A DNA stretch of 64,000 nt from an uncultured Thermoplasmata archaeon (GCA_963748615.1 CAVVJQ010000003.1:304599-368598), one strand, 5' to 3'; shown: positions 40,648-53,187, numbered from the stretch's first letter. Made by a program: numbers and translations. The notes: generated by a model from the letters alone, not told the origin.

Positions 40648-40956
40648 ATCGATGGCGCATAATAGAACGCCGTTCTTTAATAGTTTGTATCATGGAGCAG
40701 GCCCTTGGCCGAGCGTCTAGCTCTGCAATGACACCTGCCCGATCATGGAACTAGTAGAGTCGTTCAGGATATAGGCAATGTAGTCGACATCCGAATCATG
40801 CGCTCCAGCATCAGTTGCGCGAGAGAAGATTCGTGATGACTCAGTAAATGGCTCGCGAGTCTTGCTGCATCGAGGAACAGCTCAATCGCAGCATACGGAC
40901 ATGAATTAGTTATATTCACGATGCATTTCCAAATAGGACATGTGAGGTGGGACGTG

Positions 40957-42717
40957 ATGGGAGAGATGGACCGAGATGGAGTGACGGAAACTCCGGAGAG
41001 GCCGATCAAAGGATCGGGGACAATCTCTCGCAAACTCCTCGCAGTCATGATTGTAACTGTTCTACTTGGGGCATCAGGCATATTCGTGTGGTATGAGTAC
41101 TTCAGACACTGGGACGTCGATGACCTCAACGATGCGGTCAATGTCATAAACGAGATGGGCCCGATCATCGAAGGGTTCGACACGGATCTCGCTGGAAGGA
41201 CTGTGACTGTCGACGCGGAGGTCAAGGATATCCGAACTCATCAGACGAGTCTGGGGCAACTGAATCTGATATATCTGGTGGGTGGAAGATATGTGGGACT
41301 CATGCAATGGGGACCTATCGATTTCGAGGTCGGCGATTCAATCGAGATGAAAGTCTCCTTCGAGTGGGCCGTTATAAATGGAGTCGAGGGGGTCTACTCC
41401 CCCCAGGCAGTGCTCGGGATCGGCCATCTCGAGCAGATACAAATCATATTCCAGGAGGGGAACTGGGTCTCCTCCGAATGGGTCGCAGAATTGGAGGATA
41501 CGCAGGAGGACGTCATAATCAGAATCATCAAGGTTGGTGAACCGGTTCAACTGTCTATCTGCAATTGCAGCATCAGGGCGGGTGCCAATGTTGGCACCAT
41601 GGAGTACGCGGATTTGCTGGGATATTATGCAGACACACCAGATCTGGACGGTATGTCGGACTTGAAGAACACCGAAGGACCGAACGGCACAATATCATTC
41701 TCTGATGCGAACGACGATGGATATCTGGATGACGGCGATTCGTTCACCCTGCACAATTTGGCCCGGCCGAATACAGCATGCGGAGCGCAGACATATTTCC
41801 TGAGAGTGTCACGGATATTCTATGAGGACGAGGCCCTACCGTATGCTGTGTACCAAGAGCCGCACGTGTTCCATGCATATATCGTCATGACGCAAGAGGG
41901 GGTTCTGTGGGTCACGGATTCGGGAATGCCTCATGCCACGGCATCACTTAGGACCGTTCAGGAAGGGGTGGTGGTCACGATAGATTATACTTCGAAACCT
42001 GTGAGCTGGGATGATATTGCGTTTCTATTCTCCGATGGAATGAACAGCGGGAACTGGCATCCGAACGCGACGGCGCTCATGAGCGATGCTCCAGCGCAAT
42101 ACAGCTGTGGCGTGGAAGATATAAATGAAATGTCAATAGAGTGTATTGTCACGGATCATGCAGGCAATGGTCTCCTCGATGTCGACGATATGATCGAGAT
42201 CGTTGCCGTGGACGGTACCCATCTCAACCGAACAAGATACTCCACAGTCTTCTGCATATGCACGCAATTGTCGACTGCGATGTTCGATGAGTCATTTCTC
42301 TATGATGCCATCCCCGTAAGCGAGTGCGCCATCGTGAACGACGAATATTCGATCGCAGTGACATTCGGTCCAGTCCACAACGGAACCGGATACAATTATG
42401 AATTGATGGATATCTTCTGGGACGAGGTTGTTATCGACATAGGATACGACGAGAACATGGTCGAATGGAACCCCGATGTCTCCATCATGATGACGGGTGT
42501 GCAGACCACTTGGATCTCCGATGGCATCCAGCTCGGAAATATGTCCGTGCTCTGCATCATAGAGGACCTCCAGGGCAACGGACTAGTAAACACAGGGGAC
42601 ACCGTCCAGATCCTCGTCACCTTGGGAGAAGGGTTCAGTCCGGATACGGATTATTCGCTCAGTGTCCATCACATTCCCACGGACTCAGACATCTGCGCGG
42701 TGACGTTCACGGGATGA
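40957..42717 (+). CDS. Membrane-anchored acidic extracellular protein with three internal repeats
   Basis: N-terminal TM; repeated D-x3-[ND]-G-x-[LV]-[DN]-x-[GD]-D motif; no family recognised. Confidence 0.8.
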   Translation: MGEMDRDGVTETPERPIKGSGTISRKLLAVMIVTVLLGASGIFVWYEYFRHWDVDDLNDAVNVINEMGPIIEGFDTDLAGRTVTVDAEVKDIRTHQTSLGQLNLIYLVGGRYVGLMQWGPIDFEVGDSIEMKVSFEWAVINGVEGVYSPQAVLGIGHLEQIQIIFQEGNWVSSEWVAELEDTQEDVIIRIIKVGEPVQLSICNCSIRAGANVGTMEYADLLGYYADTPDLDGMSDLKNTEGPNGTISFSDANDDGYLDDGDSFTLHNLARPNTACGAQTYFLRVSRIFYEDEALPYAVYQEPHVFHAYIVMTQEGVLWVTDSGMPHATASLRTVQEGVVVTIDYTSKPVSWDDIAFLFSDGMNSGNWHPNATALMSDAPAQYSCGVEDINEMSIECIVTDHAGNGLLDVDDMIEIVAVDGTHLNRTRYSTVFCICTQLSTAMFDESFLYDAIPVSECAIVNDEYSIAVTFGPVHNGTGYNYELMDIFWDEVVIDIGYDENMVEWNPDVSIMMTGVQTTWISDGIQLGNMSVLCIIEDLQGNGLVNTGDTVQILVTLGEGFSPDTDYSLSVHHIPTDSDICAVTFTG

Positions 42718-42997
42718 TATTCGACGATTATGCGGGCCTGAGTACGAAATCCTCAAATACCACGCAGTTGTAGATAGTAGGGGGAGGACCGTCGGAGCGA
42801 CACATGTTGCTTCGTGAACCGAGTTCGAAACGCATATATACAGCATCGAACTTAGCGGGACTACCCAATCTGCGACATACGGCGATGGTTGAGAGGGAGG
42901 CGCTTATGCCTTTTCTGATGATCAACCAACATCCACTTGTCGCAGACATGATGGAGGATCGAGATCTCCGGCGTTAGCCGTGTACTCTCGATTCTGA

Positions 42998-43011
42998 CGT
43001 TCGATGGCAGA
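42998..43011 (+). other. 5' arm of the 16S rRNA processing stem
   Basis: CGTTCGATGGCAGA is the exact reverse complement of 44727-44740. Confidence 0.8.
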
Positions 43012-43179
43012 ATAGGTTTCGTGCAAAAAACTCCGCGACGACACGTTCGTCGCGCAGCAGGGAACACGTATAATAGGTGCTAAAGTGAGTGATCCTTGTC
43101 AATTCAAGAAACGAAGACCAAGCGAAATTGCGACCGACAATAATAGTGAATGATAGTACTGTGTATCGACGACAGATCA

Positions 43180-44647
<1,468 letters not shown>

Positions 44648-44726
44648 ACGCAATCAACGGAGGGGAACTACCCCTCCAACCAGATTTGCAGAAGAAGGCA
44701 TGGTTCCAAGACCTGGAACGCAACTG

Positions 44727-44740
44727 TCTGCCATCGAACG
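44727..44740 (+). other. 3' arm of the 16S rRNA processing stem
   Basis: TCTGCCATCGAACG pairs with 42998-43011. Confidence 0.8.
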
Positions 44741-44882
44741 ACCATCATAACTTTTTCATTCACATCGATCAGCTTCAGCTCTTTTGACATTGAACCTGAA
44801 AAGTGCGAAAACGCTCTTGAGCCAATGGATCAAGAAGATAAAACGGTAAGAGGTTTAATGGGTTTTATCTCGACTTCCACCA

Positions 44883-46617
44883 TCATTCTACAGGCGGTGG
44901 AGGCACGGACTTCGGTCTCATGAACATCATGACGACCAACAGCAGGATGACTATGATGACCAGAACGATCACGACATAGTTCATCGTGTTGTCCGTATCA
45001 TCGGCCGCTACGTCAGCGCTCACGTTGTCGAGCGAGTCCTGCAGCAGTGCCACCTGGTCCTGCAGTGCGCCGATCTCGTCCATCAGATCCTGGTTGTCAG
45101 AGGATACGGACGATTCCAGCGCCGCCAGTGCATCCTCCAGATCAGACACCTGTGTCTGGAGAGCGGCTATCTCCGTCTGAAGTGCGGCTATGTCCTCGGC
45201 CTGCAAGTCCACCTGACCAGATAGAGCATCCAACTGTGCTGTCATTGCATCCTGCAAAGCAGTCAGGTTCTCTTCGAGCATGGCCACCTGCTCCTCGAGC
45301 GTGTATGCACTCAGCACGGTGAATTCGAGTTCAACTTCGTTGAATTCGATACCCCCTGCATCGGTGTTTATGTACCATAGGACCGAGACGATGTAGTCAC
45401 CGGGACCGAAACTCACGGGCACGGTCATATCGAACCCGACTGACGAGTATGTCCCAGAGACATATCCATAGATGGGATTGAATGGAATGTCGTCGGATGA
45501 CATTATCGCCGCGAGATATTCAATGCCGCTATCTGGCATCGCATATGCCAGGTCAACGCTGACCATGACGGTGAAGCTCTCTCCCGGGTTCAAGGTCGTC
45601 TTTGACAGGCTCGCGTGCGTTACATACACCTGCAGTGATGAGACATCGCCACGGGTGGCCAGATCGTCGTTCCCGCCGAGGGCGTAGATGATGCCCTCTG
45701 AACTCATGGCCGCGCCGAGGTACCTGGCAGCGAACGTGACATTCTCGAGCTGCGTCCATTCAGCGGTTTCCGTGTTGTAGCAGAAGCTTGTGTTGTAAGC
45801 TTCACCGACGTTCCATCCACTCGAACTCCCGCCAATGACGTATATGAGAGCATCCGGACCCATTATGGCAGCGTGCGCTGCAAGGGCGATCGGCATATTA
45901 TCCAATGTGCTCCATGAGTCGTCCCAGTAGTAGTATCTGTAGACACTGTCAGTCGCAGTGTAGGCACCATCTCCGCCGCCGAAGTAGTAGAAGTACGAGC
46001 CGTCCGCCACCAATGCGCCGGCAATCGGTGCCGCGGGTGCGCTCGCCCTCGCGGACCATACGCCAGTCTCGGTGTTATAGATGTATGTCGCGGAACCCAG
46101 ACCTTCGCCGCCGACCAGCAGAACCTCATAGTCGTAATAGCCGGCAACCGCCTTGCCTTCCCAGACAGTTCCTGGAGCAACGGTGCCGTAGCTCCAGCTG
46201 TCAGTCATGGGGTCGTATATCTGGGTGTAATCAACTGCGCCCAAGGAAGTGTTGACACCTCCTATCACATATATCTTCCCGTCGTGTCCCATTGCACCAG
46301 CTGCGCCTCGCACACCAACATCCATGGGGGCGATTGCGGACCAATCTCCTGTCGCTGGATCAAAGGCATAGCAATCTGGGACCACTGCCCCATATCCAGA
46401 TCCGGCGAATTCGTTCACTCCGCTGAGCGCGTATACTATGCCGTCCTCGCTCTGAACAACAACTCCCTGCGTCATATTGAGAGCCATTGGCCCCTCCACC
46501 TGCCATGTCGGGACAGTAGGACGCCCCTGATGCAGAAGGAAGACTTGCCAGTGAGCATAGTGCCAATAACGACACGATGCATACTGCCATGCCTCTCACT
46601 ACCATAACATTCTTCAT
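44883..46617 (-). pseudogene. Kelch-repeat surface protein with coiled-coil stalk and C-terminal TM; +1 frameshift near 46521 (pseudogene or sequence error)
   Basis: Signal peptide MKNVMVV...SASGA is in one frame and PTVPTWQVEGPM + Kelch repeats (IYVIGG, YYFGG, IYALGG) in the next; span 1735 = 3n+1. Confidence 0.75.
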
Positions 46618-47020
46618 TTTCTCAACCTCATCGATCCACCCAATATACATTGAGTGCATCCCAATAGGCCATCTGAGCCTAATTCAATATCGTATGAGCG
46701 GTTTAAAAGTCCTCCGGAATCCACATTTCCAAATGTAAGAAGAATCGGCGCAATGTCGAAGCCCACGGAAAGTGAACCAGGAGAAAGGAGAAGACAGAAT
46801 CAACAATGTGAAACGGAATGGACTATGGCAATATTCAACATCCATCGAAAAACAATCGATAAGTGCACGGTGAAAACCAACTGACTTTCGATGCCTGTTC
46901 CGAATGTTTTTATACCACGGCTCGATACCTCCAATCACACGGCTTATCCGCAGGTCTGGCATCCTTTTGGCTGCACCTGTGTGGAAATAGGGTGATACTC
47001 CGAGCTAGGGAAGAGATACC

Positions 47021-48046
47021 ATGATGATTTTGAAGATGAAGAAAGAGGACCTTCCTGCTTTCCTCGAGAGCGCAAAGGAATGGGGAGAGCTATGGGGTCC
47101 TGCGAGCAAGGGAGGGAAGACCACCTACGCGAAGGTCGAGTCGCTCTCCCAGATGGATCTGAAGGCGACCAGGACGGTCATCCCGCCGAAGAAGTTCCTA
47201 TACCCGCCAAAGTTCACAATGTTCGACTTTGACGAGGAAGGTTTCGTCGAGAGGACGGGCGACGTCTCGAAGAAGATTCTGTTCGGTCTCCACCCATGCG
47301 ACATACACGGGATATTGATCATGGACAAGCTCTTCCTGGAGACATACAAGGATCCGTATTACGCCGAGCGCAGGGAGAAGACCATACTCATGGGTCACAG
47401 CTGCATCCCGGATGAGAGGTGCATGTGCTTCGCGACGAACACGGATTTCGTCGCTGAGGGCTTCGACCTGTTCTTCACGGACCTCAAGATGTTCTACCTG
47501 GTCTGGGTCGGCTCGAGCAGGGGACACGACCTCATCAGGATGAGGCCCGAGCTGTTCAGCAGGGACATCAACAAGGACGATATCCTCAATTACACTGAAT
47601 ACCGGAAGTGGAAGAACTCCCAGTTCAAGGCGAAGGTGGACTTCACCGGCATGCCTGACATATTCGAGCTCGCATACAGCAGCCCGATATGGGAGGAGCT
47701 GGGGGAGAAGTGCCTGTCATGTGGACAGTGCTCCATGGTCTGCCCGACCTGCAACTGCTTCAACGTGGTCGACGAGGTCGAACTCGGGACCGCGGAAGGT
47801 ACGAGGGAACGGTCCTGGGACAGCTGCATGTTCAGGGAGTATTCGCTCGTAGCGGGCGGCCACAACTTCAGAGACAAGAGAGCAGACAGACTGAGGCTCT
47901 GGTACACTCACAAACTGCAGGCATACATCGGCGAGTTCGGGAAGCCGGCCTGCGTTGGCTGCGGAAGATGCGTCTCGACCTGCCCGGTCGATATCAATGT
48001 CGAGACGGTCTCGCAGGCGTTGAAGGAACAGGAGGTGGGCAAGTGA
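47021..48046 (+). CDS. hydB: Group 3b [NiFe] sulfhydrogenase beta subunit (2x[4Fe-4S])
   Basis: GLHPCDI, CLSCGQCSMVCPTCNCF, CVGCGRCVSTCP. Confidence 0.92.
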   Translation: MMILKMKKEDLPAFLESAKEWGELWGPASKGGKTTYAKVESLSQMDLKATRTVIPPKKFLYPPKFTMFDFDEEGFVERTGDVSKKILFGLHPCDIHGILIMDKLFLETYKDPYYAERREKTILMGHSCIPDERCMCFATNTDFVAEGFDLFFTDLKMFYLVWVGSSRGHDLIRMRPELFSRDINKDDILNYTEYRKWKNSQFKAKVDFTGMPDIFELAYSSPIWEELGEKCLSCGQCSMVCPTCNCFNVVDEVELGTAEGTRERSWDSCMFREYSLVAGGHNFRDKRADRLRLWYTHKLQAYIGEFGKPACVGCGRCVSTCPVDINVETVSQALKEQEVGK

Positions 48047-48945
48047 AGAGACTGTGCGTAGTGCTGGACGACAGGGAGGTCGATGAGAACCCATACCAGC
48101 CGGACATGTGGAGGATCGTCCGCAAGTACCCGTTGACCAGCGATGTGAATTTCTTCCAGGTGAGGCCCGTGGATGTGGACGAGGCGTTGAAGATGAGCTA
48201 TCTTCCTGGGCAGTTCGTCATGCTCTCCGTCCCTGGAGAGGGTGAGGCACCGTTCTGCATATCGTCCACGCCTTCGAGACCGGGACTCCTGGAGTTCTGC
48301 ATAAGGAAGACGGGGACCCTGACGGAATCCCTCTTCGGACTGAAGGAGAACCAGACCATCGGGATAAGAGGACCTTACGGGAACACTTTCCCCATCGAGA
48401 AGATGGAAGGCAAGGACATCATGATCGTCGCCGGAGGTATGGGAGTCGCTCCGCTGAGGTCGCTGCTGCTTTACATCCTGGACAACAGGGACAAGTTCGG
48501 CAAGGTGACCTACCTGCACGGCGCGAAGAACCCTGGTGAGATGCTCTTCAGGGATGAGTTCTTCCAGCTGAAGGAGCGGGAGGACCTGAACTGTCTCTTG
48601 ACGGTGGACAAGGACGACACGGGCAAGTGGACCGAGAAGGTCGGATTGATCACGACCCTGTTCAAGGACCTCGGACCGGTCGACGCGAAGAACACATACG
48701 CGGCCGTGTGCGGTCCGCCTATCATGTACAAGTTCGTGATGGAACACCTGGTGAAGCTCGGGATACCGAAGCATCAGATCGTCATGACCCTGGAGAGGAG
48801 GATGAAGTGTGGGGTCGGCAAGTGCGGGCACTGTGCCATAGAATATCTGTACACTTGCATCGACGGTCCTATATTCACCTACTGGGACGTGCTCCATATG
48901 AAGGAGCTCATAGGGAGGGGTGTCAGTGACAAAATCATCGCCTAA
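48043..48945 (+). CDS. hydG: Sulfhydrogenase gamma subunit (FAD/NAD(P), [2Fe-2S])
   Basis: PGQFVML, RGPYGN, AGGMGVAP, CGPP, MKCGVGKCGHC...CIDGP; GTG start overlapping the hydB stop. Confidence 0.92.
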   Translation: MKRLCVVLDDREVDENPYQPDMWRIVRKYPLTSDVNFFQVRPVDVDEALKMSYLPGQFVMLSVPGEGEAPFCISSTPSRPGLLEFCIRKTGTLTESLFGLKENQTIGIRGPYGNTFPIEKMEGKDIMIVAGGMGVAPLRSLLLYILDNRDKFGKVTYLHGAKNPGEMLFRDEFFQLKEREDLNCLLTVDKDDTGKWTEKVGLITTLFKDLGPVDAKNTYAAVCGPPIMYKFVMEHLVKLGIPKHQIVMTLERRMKCGVGKCGHCAIEYLYTCIDGPIFTYWDVLHMKELIGRGVSDKIIA

Positions 48946-49717
48946 GATCGGAATATACGGTTTCACGGGTTGCGCAGGCGACCAGCTCATGATACTCAAC
49001 TGCGAGGATCAGCTGGTGGACATCTTCGGCGCGACCGAGATACGCTCGTTCGTGATGGCGAAGAGCGACAACCACGAGGGAGAGCTGGATGTCGCGCTCG
49101 TTGAGGGTTCGATATCCACCGAGGCGCAGCTGAAGCATCTGAAGGATATCAGGGAGCGCGCCAAGATCCTCATCGCGATCGGCACATGCGCCTGCTGGGG
49201 AGGGCCCCAGGCGATGAAGCTCGGCGAGGGCGGATACGAGGAGCGCTACAAGAAGGTCTATGGCAACGCCAAGATCACCATATCCAAGGCATTCGAGGCG
49301 CAGCCACTGGACGCGTTCGTCAAGGTGGACATGAAGATCCCGGGATGCCCGATCGACAAGATGGAGTTCTTGAAATCAGTATCGAAACTGGTAGCTGGCA
49401 AACACCCATACCTGCTGAAGTCACCCGTATGTCTGGAGTGTAAGTGGAAGGAGAACACCTGCCTGCTCAACGAAGGCAAGTTCTGCGCAGGTCCACTCAC
49501 GAAGGGCGGTTGTGGCGCGGTATGCCCGTCGCACAACCTACCGTGCGTCGGCTGCTGGGGACCGACTGACGACCTGAACGTGACATCGGAGTACAACCTG
49601 CTCAAGGAGAAGGGGTACGATCCGGCTGAGATCATCACGAAGATCAGGAAGTTCGGAGGGTCTGGTGTCGTAGAGCTTGTCAAGGACCTCGAGAAGAAGA
49701 AGGGGGCTAAGAAATGA
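48920..49717 (+). CDS. hydD: Sulfhydrogenase delta (small) subunit
   Basis: TGCAGD, VEGSI, GTCACWGG, PGCP, VCLEC, CAGP...GCGAVCP...CVGCWG. Confidence 0.92.
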   Translation: MSVTKSSPKIGIYGFTGCAGDQLMILNCEDQLVDIFGATEIRSFVMAKSDNHEGELDVALVEGSISTEAQLKHLKDIRERAKILIAIGTCACWGGPQAMKLGEGGYEERYKKVYGNAKITISKAFEAQPLDAFVKVDMKIPGCPIDKMEFLKSVSKLVAGKHPYLLKSPVCLECKWKENTCLLNEGKFCAGPLTKGGCGAVCPSHNLPCVGCWGPTDDLNVTSEYNLLKEKGYDPAEIITKIRKFGGSGVVELVKDLEKKKGAKK

Positions 49718-51006
49718 AGGAGCTTAACGTTCCAGCACTCGCAAGGGTCGAGGGAGACGGTGGCATAACCGTCACACTCGACGGCAAGAAGGTAAAGAGC
49801 GTCACATTGGATATCCATGAGGGCCCGAGGCTCATAGAGCAGCTGGTCCGCGGCATGACCCCGGCTGACGATCTGAACGTGGTGCCGAGGATATGCGCCA
49901 TATGCACCCTCTCGCACAAGTTCGCCGCGATCCGCGGCCTTGAGAAGGCGCTCGGCATAACGCCACCGGAGAAGGCGCAGCTCACGAGGGAGCTCATGAT
50001 GCTCGGGGAGAATGTCGAGAGCAACTCGCTCCACACGTTCCTGCTGGCCCTACCAGATTTCCTCGGATATCCGTCCGCGATCGCGATGTTGAACGACTTC
50101 GGGGACGATGTTAAACGCGCACTGCGCCTGAAGAAGTTCGGCAACCATGTCATGGAGGTCACGAGCGGAAGGATAGTCCACGGCGAGAACCCGGTCCTGG
50201 GAGGCTTTGGCAAGTATCCGAGCAAGAAGGCTCTGGAGGAGATCAAGCTCAGATCCCGTGAACTTGTCCCCGATGCGGCCCGAGCAGTCGAGCTGTTCGC
50301 GACGGCGGTCGAGTACCCGAAGTATCCAGAATCCGAGAAGATGGTCTTCATGTCCGTGAACGCGCCGAAGAAGCAGTACGGATACTATGGAGATACGATC
50401 CTCATCTCGAACGGCAAGGAGACGAGCGTGGAGGATTACAAGAAGCTCACGAACGAGCGTGTTGTCCCGCACTCCTTCGCCAAGAGGTCGTTGTTCAACG
50501 AGAAGACCTTCACGGTCGGTGCTAACGCAAGGATGGTCAACATGGGGAAGAGGCTGGACGGACAGGCCGCCGACCTCTTCAAGGAGCACTTCAACGAGAG
50601 GTGGCTCACGAACCCCTTGTACAACAATCTCGCGCAGGCCATCGAGCTGTTGTGGTCGATGGAGCACCTCCCGGAAGCATGCGACCAGGTCGCAGCGATG
50701 GACGATCCCGCGATAGAGATGCCGACAAGGCAGACAGGGTCTGGCACCGGAGCGGTCGAAGCTCCACGCGGTACGCTCTACCATCACTACGAGATTAAGG
50801 ACGGGCTGATCGATGTCGCGGACATCATCACACCCACGGCTCAGAACCTCGACGACATCGAGATGCATATGAAGCTCACGGCCGAGAGGATGCTCGCAGA
50901 TGACAAGAGCGATGCCGAGGTCAGATTGGGCCTTGAGATGGTAGCGAGGGCGTACGATCCATGCATAAGCTGCGCGACACACCTTGTGAATCTGAAGAGG
51001 ATCTGA
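49714..51006 (+). CDS. hydA: Sulfhydrogenase alpha (large [NiFe]) subunit
   Basis: RVEG, L1 RICAIC, EAPRG, L2 RAYDPCISCATH plus a short cleavable tail. Confidence 0.95.
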   Translation: MKELNVPALARVEGDGGITVTLDGKKVKSVTLDIHEGPRLIEQLVRGMTPADDLNVVPRICAICTLSHKFAAIRGLEKALGITPPEKAQLTRELMMLGENVESNSLHTFLLALPDFLGYPSAIAMLNDFGDDVKRALRLKKFGNHVMEVTSGRIVHGENPVLGGFGKYPSKKALEEIKLRSRELVPDAARAVELFATAVEYPKYPESEKMVFMSVNAPKKQYGYYGDTILISNGKETSVEDYKKLTNERVVPHSFAKRSLFNEKTFTVGANARMVNMGKRLDGQAADLFKEHFNERWLTNPLYNNLAQAIELLWSMEHLPEACDQVAAMDDPAIEMPTRQTGSGTGAVEAPRGTLYHHYEIKDGLIDVADIITPTAQNLDDIEMHMKLTAERMLADDKSDAEVRLGLEMVARAYDPCISCATHLVNLKRI

Positions 51007-51479
51007 GGCACTGTCTCGCGGATATCGCGGGCAAGGGGCGAATATACGTCCTTGGCCTGGGGTACACGGACAAGGCCGATGACGGTGCGGGTGTGCTCGT
51101 GGCCGAGGCCTTGAAGAAACTCTTTCCAACCTATTCATTTTCTGAACATGACGGAGTAGAGGGCACTGTCCTGGACATCTCCGAGAAGCACGAGGATGCG
51201 ACCATATTCTTCGTGGACGCCGCGGGGCTCAAGGCAGAGCCTGGGACCATTCGCGTGATCATGAGAGAGGAGATACAGGACAGGGAGATCACGACTCACA
51301 GGGTCGCGGTCGCGCTGCTGTCCGCCATGCTGGCCAAGGAGGGCAAGAGGATCGCAGTCATCGGCATACAGCCAGGCACGATCGAGTTCCGAGCAGAGGT
51401 CTCGCAGCCAGTCGCGGAAGCAATCGCTGTGGTCACAGATGTCCTCGGCGACCTGATGAAGTCGGCGAACCATGACTGA
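50961..51479 (+). CDS. hycI: Hydrogenase maturation protease
   Basis: VLGLG....ADDGAG, FVDA, TTH, IGIQP. Confidence 0.88.
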   Translation: MHKLRDTPCESEEDLRHCLADIAGKGRIYVLGLGYTDKADDGAGVLVAEALKKLFPTYSFSEHDGVEGTVLDISEKHEDATIFFVDAAGLKAEPGTIRVIMREEIQDREITTHRVAVALLSAMLAKEGKRIAVIGIQPGTIEFRAEVSQPVAEAIAVVTDVLGDLMKSANHD

Positions 51480-51576
51480 TTCGCCACCGTGGATCAGATA
51501 GGCCTGGTGACTCCATTAGAAGTTGTAGCAAATCTTTAAGTTGGTCCGAACTGTTCTCCGTATCCCGTGAGTTAAG

Positions 51577-53187
51577 ATGAAGTGTATTATTGTCACGGGC
51601 GGAGTTTTGTCAGGCCTCGGAAAAGGCATCACATCGTCGTCCATCGGATGCGTTCTGAGAGCACGTGGTGTCAATGTCACGGCTATGAAGATCGACCCAT
51701 ACCTCAACTCCGATGCGGGGACACTCAACCCGTTCGAACATGGAGAGGTCTTCGTCCTTGATGATGGGGGAGAGGCCGACCTCGACCTCGGCAATTATGA
51801 ACGTTTCATGGATGCCAGCCTCACCAGCGACCATGTCATGACCACGGGAAAGGTCTATGGCAATGTCATCGAGAAGGAGAGGGATGGGCACTTCCTGGGA
51901 AAGACCGTGCAGATAATCCCGCACATAACGAACGAGATCAAATCGATGATATCCAATGTCGGGATCAAATCCGGTGCCGACGTGGTCATAGTCGAGCTCG
52001 GTGGCACGGTCGGTGACATCGAATCCATGCCGTTCCTGGAGGCCATGAGACAGATGCACTCCGAGATGGGCCATGAGCACATTCTGTTCGTACATACCAC
52101 CCTCGTTCCGGCTTTGGGAGCGTTGAAGGAGCAGAAGACGAAGCCGACCCAGCACTCAGTCAGAGAGCTAAGAGGACTTGGGATACAGCCCGATGTGATC
52201 GTCGCGAGATGCGAACGGCCGCTCGAGGACAGCGCGAGGAAGAAGATAGCACTCTTCTGCGACGTCCCCTTGGAAGCTGTCGTGAGCGCCCCCGATGCGA
52301 AATCGATCTACCAAGTCCCGATATTCCTGGAGGAACAGGGGCTCCCAGATTATCTGATGAAGCGGATGAACATCAACGTTCCCAAGGACGGATTGAAAGA
52401 CTGGAAGAAGTTCCTGAACAAGGTCATGAACCCCAAGCACGAGGTCAAGATCGCGCTCGTGGGGAAGTACATGGACCAATACGATTCGTACATGAGCCAT
52501 TATGAGGCTTTGGCGCATGCGGGGGCGGAACTAGACACCAAAGTCACTTTCATCAGACTTGAAGCAGAGGCTATCGAGAAGGACAACCCCAAGAAGCTTC
52601 TGGAAGATGCAGATGGCATTCTCATACCGGGGGGGTTCGGCTCGAGAGGCGCCGAGGGCAAGATGGAGGCGATCAAGCACGCCAGGACGAACAACGTCCC
52701 GTTCCTGGGGGTATGCCTCGGATTCCAGCTAGCCACGGTCGAGTTCTCGAGGAACGTCCTTCAGATGCACGATGCAAACAGCACTGAGTTCGACTCACAC
52801 ACATCACATCCAGTGATAGACATCCTACCCGAGCAGAAGAATGTGACGAGGAAGGGCGCGACCATGCGATTGGGAGCGCAGGCGGTCGTGATAGAGAAGG
52901 GATCGAACGCCGAGAAACTCTATGGATCGAACGAGATCTCGGAGAGACACAGGCACAGGTACGAGGTCAACCCGCACTACATCGACAGGATACAGGAGAG
53001 CGGGCTCAAGTACACTGGAAGGTCGCCCGATGGCAAGAGGATGGAGATTTTCGAGCTCGAAGGGCATCCGTTCTTCATGGGATCCCAGTTCCACCCAGAG
53101 TTCAAGTCGAGACCTCAGAAACCGGCGCATATGCATTTCGGCCTGGTCAAAGCCGCTCTGGAGTTCTCGAAGAAGAGGAAGAAGTAG
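51577..53187 (+). CDS. pyrG: CTP synthase
   Basis: TGGVLSGLGKG, KTKPTQHSV, GVCLGFQ, QFHPEF. Confidence 0.99.
   Translation: MKCIIVTGGVLSGLGKGITSSSIGCVLRARGVNVTAMKIDPYLNSDAGTLNPFEHGEVFVLDDGGEADLDLGNYERFMDASLTSDHVMTTGKVYGNVIEKERDGHFLGKTVQIIPHITNEIKSMISNVGIKSGADVVIVELGGTVGDIESMPFLEAMRQMHSEMGHEHILFVHTTLVPALGALKEQKTKPTQHSVRELRGLGIQPDVIVARCERPLEDSARKKIALFCDVPLEAVVSAPDAKSIYQVPIFLEEQGLPDYLMKRMNINVPKDGLKDWKKFLNKVMNPKHEVKIALVGKYMDQYDSYMSHYEALAHAGAELDTKVTFIRLEAEAIEKDNPKKLLEDADGILIPGGFGSRGAEGKMEAIKHARTNNVPFLGVCLGFQLATVEFSRNVLQMHDANSTEFDSHTSHPVIDILPEQKNVTRKGATMRLGAQAVVIEKGSNAEKLYGSNEISERHRHRYEVNPHYIDRIQESGLKYTGRSPDGKRMEIFELEGHPFFMGSQFHPEFKSRPQKPAHMHFGLVKAALEFSKKRKK

Noticed and set aside
47908..51138. 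Two ~360-aa minus-strand ORFs opposite the hydrogenase operon
   Set aside because: Antisense shadows of hydG and hydA.
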